Source: Cyanophora paradoxa CCMP329 (taxonomy: Eukaryota; Plantae; Glaucophyta). Taken from it: 64,000 bases of DNA. Of the stretch, positions 59,041 through 64,000 are shown piece by piece (the stretch's first letter is position 1; every line of letters begins with the position of its first letter). Location of the stretch: positions 248,001 through 312,000 of the forward strand of contig QPMI01000482.1 in NCBI GenBank assembly GCA_004431415.1, written 5' to 3'. The translations under genes and the position numbers were made by a program. The notes below the pieces were generated by a model. The model had not been told where the DNA came from. It did not search any database and saw only the letters and a program-made list of their open reading frames with translations.

Positions 59041-60732
59041 ATGGGATCGGCTTCTTCGACCCAGCAGCCTCGCCCCCTGAACACAGCCAAAGCGGCCCCG
59101 CCCGCCCTTCGACGCCAGAGCGCAGAGAAGATCCCGTCCCTGCATGCGCAACCTTCCTCGCGAGTCTCATTCGCCGGCCTGGACGAAAAGCTCAAGGATA
59201 ATGCCTCGTCCGCGCCCCAGCCCGTCAGCCTGCTCGTCTCGTCGGCGGCCTCCTCAGCATATGCATGTGTTGCGTCAGCCAGCGAGATGACTTCGACGGG
59301 CGTGGACGTCGTAGAGCTGACCGCCCGGTCCGTGTCCGCGCCGGGGCCGCGGCAGCCCAGCCTGCGCAGCGAGCGCGAGCCGCCCTCGTCTTCGGCCTCC
59401 ATCGCCTCGCGCTACACGTATTCCGCAGCCGCCACTCTCCTCAGGGACCTGCGGCGGTCCGTGTGAATTGCCGCCTCCCTGGCCGCGGGATCAAATTTTG
59501 GCCCGCCGAAGCTCACTGCCTCGCAGGGCGATCGGGCCTCCGCGTCCGTTCCTGCAGCGATCGCTGGAGCTGATCGCGTCGGCGTTCCGCGCGCGGGCCG
59601 TCGACGTGCGCCCTTGCGCCGCCGGCTCCGTCGCGCGGGCGCCGCTGGTGGACCACCTCGTCGCTTCGAGCGCCATCGCGGCCGACCTCCTGCCCGCGGG
59701 CCTCTCGCTGGAGCAGGCGCGCCGCGTGTCCCAGCTGCGCCGGCGCCTCCGATGGCGCCGCTGACGCGCCGTGGGCGGCAGATCGCGCGGGTGCCGCACG
59801 CGGTGCAGTGGGAGGGGCCGGCGGGGGCCGGCCCCTCCTCCCTCCCGGGCTCCTCGTCGAGCTCTCTGGGCGACCCTGTCGCCCTGGTCGCCCTCTGCCT
59901 GCGGCTCGTCTCCGGCGGCTCCGACGGGCCCCTCTGCGGCCTCCTCACCGTGCGTCCTGCCCCCTTTCCCCTACCTTCCGTCCCCCGCCTGCCTCCCGGA
60001 CCCCGCCCGAGTCCCGTGCGCGCAGGTGGCGTTCCGGAGCAGCGAGGATCGCGCGAAGCTGACGCCGGCCGACCTCTCGCTGCTCGCCGAGGCCGCCGAG
60101 TTCGTCGCGGGGGGGCTGCAGGGTTCGCTCTTTTCTCTGAATGCGCGCGTGCCCCCGCTGAGGCGTCCGCGCGCGCAGCGATGCTGGCCGCGCCGGTTCA
60201 CGTGAGCGCCCTGCTCTGCCGCCCGGGCCGCGGCGCCGGCGCGCCTGACGGCCGGCGCGCGCAGCCGCCCTGGTCGTTCGCGGCGGGGGCGGTGGCGCGG
60301 GCCTTCTGCGGGGCGGGCGAGTCTGCGGCCTGCGGCGCGCCCTTGGACGCGGCCGCCGAGGGCCTGCGCTCCGCCCTCGGCGCCCTCCGCTGCTCCGTCT
60401 TCTCCGTGCCGCCCGTCCCGGCTCCGCGCCCCCGCCCTCCTCGCCTCCAGCGCCCGCTCCGTCTCCGAGCGCGCCGCCGTCGCCGCCGCCGTGCCGAGGC
60501 CCTCTGGGCTCGCCTCGCCGCCTCGAGCCCGGAGGGCGAGACGGTGCGGACGGGGTCGGGGCGGGCGGTGCTGGTGGTGCCGGTGGGGGTGCGCGGGGGC
60601 GGCCCGGCGGGGGCGCTGGTGCTGGAGGGGCGCCCGGGGGAGCCCGAGTGGTCCCCCGAGCAGCGCGAGGCCGCCCGCGAGGCCGCCTGGGCCCTCTCCG
60701 GCCCCCTCCTCGCCCCCGGGCCCCGCCCCTGA
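59041..60732 (+). CDS. Probable N-myristoylated protein with two GAF-like domains
   Basis: Starts MGSASS (G2, S6). Two units open with GAF-like helix-strand (LELIASAFRARAVDV; LDAAAEGLRSALGALRCSVFSV) and close with GAF-like strand-strand-helix (LVALCLRLV...LCGLLTVAF...LTPADLSLLAEAAEFVAGGL; VLVVPVGV...AGALVLEG...WSPEQREAAREAAWAL). The domain call is pattern-based only. Confidence 0.5.
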
Positions 60733-61335
60733 CCCCCGGCCCCCAAGCAGGCGCCGCCCCCGCCCCTTCCCCCATTTCTCACCCCCCTCTCCTGCCCGCA
60801 TCTCATCTTTTCTTATGTAATTATCGGCTCTCGGCGCCGCTGCATCGGCTCCTTTAGCGTCGATCGAGTTCCGTGTTCTTTCCTTCACAATATTTAATTT
60901 TCATCGTTATTTGTATTTCATGTAAATTTTAAAGAAAAGGATATCGATCGCGAGTGTGCAGTTAGAATTAACATTTGAGTGTACAGCAGATTTCAGGTTC
61001 AGATACGCTAGCGCTTCGAATTCCTCATAATCAGAACACAAAATAATGTGATCATGATTCATTTTTGAACAGGATCGACCTTCTTGAGAAGGTCCTATAG
61101 CTATAGCTATCATAGTATTCTGTGTGTAGTCGTTCGTCGCTGTCTTACTAAGATAGCATTTATATACGTATGCAAGAATGCACATTGCAATTGACACCAC
61201 GCCCGCCCACGTGCGGGTGGACCCGCTGCGGCTGCGGCAGGCCGCTGAGCCGAGCTCGAGCCGTGCCGCGCGCCCGGCGCAGCAGCGCAGACGGGTGGCG
61301 GCACGGGCGGCCGCGGGGCCTGGCGCCGACGCCGC

Positions 61336-61928
61336 TCAGAGGAAGAGGGGCGCCGCCTCCGCCTCGGCCTCGGCCTCCCCCCAGCCGCCCCCGCCGGCGA
61401 GCTCCAGCTCGCAGCCGCACCCATCCGCCCCCGCCGCCCATCCGCCCCCGCGCCCCGCCCCGACCTCCCCTGCGGGGAGGACGGCTGAGAGCTGGCCGGC
61501 GAGGGCCCCGGGGCGCGAGGGGCGCACCCTCGGCATCGGCCTCCGTCGGAACTGCGTCCTCGGAGAAGGACGGGGCCTGCCGCGGGATGAGGGGCGGCGG
61601 GACCGCGGGGGTAGAGGGCTCGCACGGGATCCGCCCCCTCGTCCGAGTCCAGGCGCGAATTGAAGGGGGCGGCGGGGGTAGAGCAATCCTCGCCCGTGAA
61701 CCCGGGCGCGCAGAAGCACTTGCCGAAGTGCCAGACCCCGCGGCCTGCGCGGCCCGGCGGCTCAAACCGAGCCCGGAGAAATCCGGGGGCCCGGGCGGGA
61801 GTGGGGCGCTGCACCCGAGCAGTTGTTCTGGGGGGTGAGGGGCACGCTGCAGTCGTCGCCCGTCCAGCCGGGCTCGCAGAAGCATTTACCGTAGCGCGCT
61901 ACGCCGTGCTCTGGGGGGTACGTGAGAC

Positions 61929-61959
<31 letters not shown>

Positions 61960-63166
61960 GGGGGAGCCCAGGGGCGGGCCGGAGCAGCGGGCGGGGCCGG
62001 CGTCGGTGGGGGTGGAGCAGAGCGGGCCGGTCCACCCCGGGGAGCAGAAGCACTTCCCCATGTGCGCCACGCCGTGCCCTGCGACGCCGGCCGCGTTCGC
62101 GCGATGCCGGCCCTGCGATGCCGGCAGGCTGGGGCGCGCGCGCGCACCGGAGCAGGCGACGGGGCTGGAGGGGACGGGGGCGGAGCAGTCGTCGCCGGCC
62201 CAGCCCGGGTGGCAGGCGCACTTCCCATGCACCACGATCCCGTGGTCTGCCCCCGCGGGGTGCACGACTCAGCGGTGGGCGGCGCCGGCCCGTGCGCGCG
62301 CCCGAGACTCCGAGGGGCGCGCCCGGCGCCCGGCGGGCCCCTCGCCTCCCTCCTTGCCCTGGGCGGGGGCGCACCCGAGCAGGCGACGCCGGGGAGCTCG
62401 CCGGCCGCCGTCGCGCAGTCCGGCCCCGTGTACCCCGGCACGCAGTGGCAGCGGCCCTGGATGACGAGCCCCTTGCCTGCGCCGGGCCTGATCATGAGCC
62501 GGCGTCTGCCCGAGTCGGCGGCCGGCACTGGCCGCGGGGGCGGACCCGAGCACGGCTCCGAGGAGCTCTCGCCCGCGCCGGGGAGGAGCGCGGCCGGCGC
62601 GGCGCACTCCGGCCCCGCGTATCCCGGCATGCAGAAACACTTGCCCTTTATCAGGACCCCATTCCCTGGGCGCGTCGTGAGTCAACAACGTTGAGGGGGG
62701 AGGGGCCAGCGAAGGCCTAGGGAAGGGGCCAGCTAGCGAAGAGGAGGGCGCGCCCGAGCACGGGAGGGAGCCGGCGGCCGACGCCGGCGCGGCGCAGTCG
62801 GGCCCGGCCCAGCCCTTGAAGCAGTGGCAGGCGCCAGCCAGGAGCGCCCCGTGTCCTGCGCACGCGCGCGTTGGACGGCCGCGCGCGTGGTGGATCGGAG
62901 GCCGAGGCGTCACAGCTACCGCACCCGAGCACGGAGTGCCAGCCGCGCCAATCTACTCTCCCAAAGTCAGGGCATGACGAATGAACACGCGAAGGCGCGC
63001 GTACGGCGTGGGCCATGGCGCCGCTGGGACCGAACGGTGCGGTCTGCGCCGCGAGAACCCGTCATCCGACGGCGGGTTCGGGGCGAAGCCGCCCTACCTC
63101 AGCCGCAATTAGCAGCGACAGGGTGCCCGCCGGCGCTGCCGGCCTGCCGCCCCGCGCCATGGCCAT
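61336..63166 (-). CDS. EGF-like (tenascin/teneurin-type) repeat protein, 7 repeats, probably secreted
   Basis: Seven repeats of CSxxGxxxxGxCxCxxG[WYF]xGxxC. Weak signal-like N-terminus (GTLSLLIAA). Acidic C-tail ending AAPLFL*. Confidence 0.8.
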
Positions 63167-63273
63167 CGATCAATGACGTGCCGGGGTACCCGCAGCCTTA
63201 AGCTTTAGCTTTGGGTCGGCGGTTTCGCGGGCTTAGCCTGAGTTAGTAATCCGTTGGTCTCACTCGAGCAACC

Positions 63274-64000
63274 ATGCAGATCCGACAGTAAGCGTGCAGG
63301 CGCACGCCGCTCGTGCCAGTGTGCGGCGCCGCGGGCGCGCGCGCATTGCTGGAGGTGTCGGCACACGGCGCTCCAGAACCACATATGCAAGACTCTCTAG
63401 GTCGGTTTCGCCCGCCGGCGCTCTCCGGATCCCCATCTCCGACGGTCACCGGGTCGCTCGAGCTCGACCAACCACGCGCGCGTGCACGTGGTCCGCAGCG
63501 CGGGCGGGCAGGCAGACGCCGCTGATCGCCGCGGCGGAGCGCGGGGACGAGCACGCGGTGCGGACGCTGCTGGCGCGCCCCGAGACCGAGGTCGACGCCA
63601 CCGACGCTGCGGGAAGGTGCGCTGAGATCTAGATCGACTCAGCGATGTTTAACATGCGCCTTCGGGCTTTCCTGGTCGGTTCTAGAAGATTCAGAGTCCT
63701 TCGGGGGACGGGCAGCCCAGAGCGGGCGCCTCTGTCACGATATCGATATCGATATTCGATCAGGCCCGGCCCGGGGCCCCGCGCCCTCGGATCCGCAAGC
63801 CCACGCCGCCGCCTCGTGCGCAGGACGGCGCTGCTGGCGGCGTGCGCGACGTCGGCCCCCGCGCTCGCCCTGCTCCTCCTCGAGCGCGGCGCCGACCCAC
63901 AGGGAAACATAACCGGTAACTAGCTAGCTAGTAGTTACGTATCGAGTACTTTTTCTCCGCTACTCGGTACAGACTCGTTAGCTAGCGAGTCGATAACGAG
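63274..64000 (+). CDS. Ankyrin-repeat protein (5' part; probably continues beyond window)
   Basis: GRQTPLIAAAERGDEHAVRTLLARPETEVDATDAAG|RTALLAACATSAPALALLLLERGADP gives two ankyrin repeats. A donor (gtaac) lies at ~63916. The start codon is uncertain. Confidence 0.75.

Noticed and set aside
4694-63166. Functional cluster of receptor, Trk, MAPKK, channel and EGF genes
   Set aside because: They are interspersed with unrelated housekeeping genes; proximity in a gene-dense eukaryotic genome is no evidence of a shared pathway without synteny data.
932-63916. Introner-type (intron-generating transposon) family
   Set aside because: Introns are similar in length and composition, but I saw no shared sequence, terminal inverted repeats or target-site duplications between them. 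An all-vs-all intron alignment would settle it.

Overview
A 64-kb window of very GC-rich, intron-dense eukaryotic nuclear DNA. Introns are mostly ~55-130 nt, and TAA, TAG and TGA all act as stops, so the code is standard. The six-frame ORF track is mostly GC shadow, so I rebuilt the genes by splicing by eye. I support 14 protein-coding genes: CWC27 cyclophilin (-), a ~17-kb polycystin-1-like receptor (-), KIN17 (+), an orphan multipass membrane protein (-), RPS15 (+), YAE1 (-), a Trk-type K+ transporter (+), a type II NAD(P)H dehydrogenase (+), ASF1 (-), a plant group-A-like MAPKK (+), a four-domain Cav/Nav-family channel (-), a probable myristoylated tandem-GAF protein (+), a 7x EGF-repeat protein (-) and a partial ankyrin gene (+). 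The dehydrogenase has an MAF-type presequence. That, the plant-type MAPKK and the gene style point to an alga, possibly a glaucophyte (inference only). The most notable items are the giant receptor (13 IPT/TIG + 5 filamin + REJ + GPS + 5 TM + 2 IQ, with no PLAT or pore domain) and the channel's S/D/R/D selectivity filter. Also notable are very frequent GC-AG introns, non-coding DNA built of overlapping palindromes, a recurrent GGGGTAC motif, very short head-to-head promoters and a 69-nt hairpin. I recognised no rRNA, tRNA, CRISPR array or intact transposon. Gene ends in low-complexity tails are approximate.
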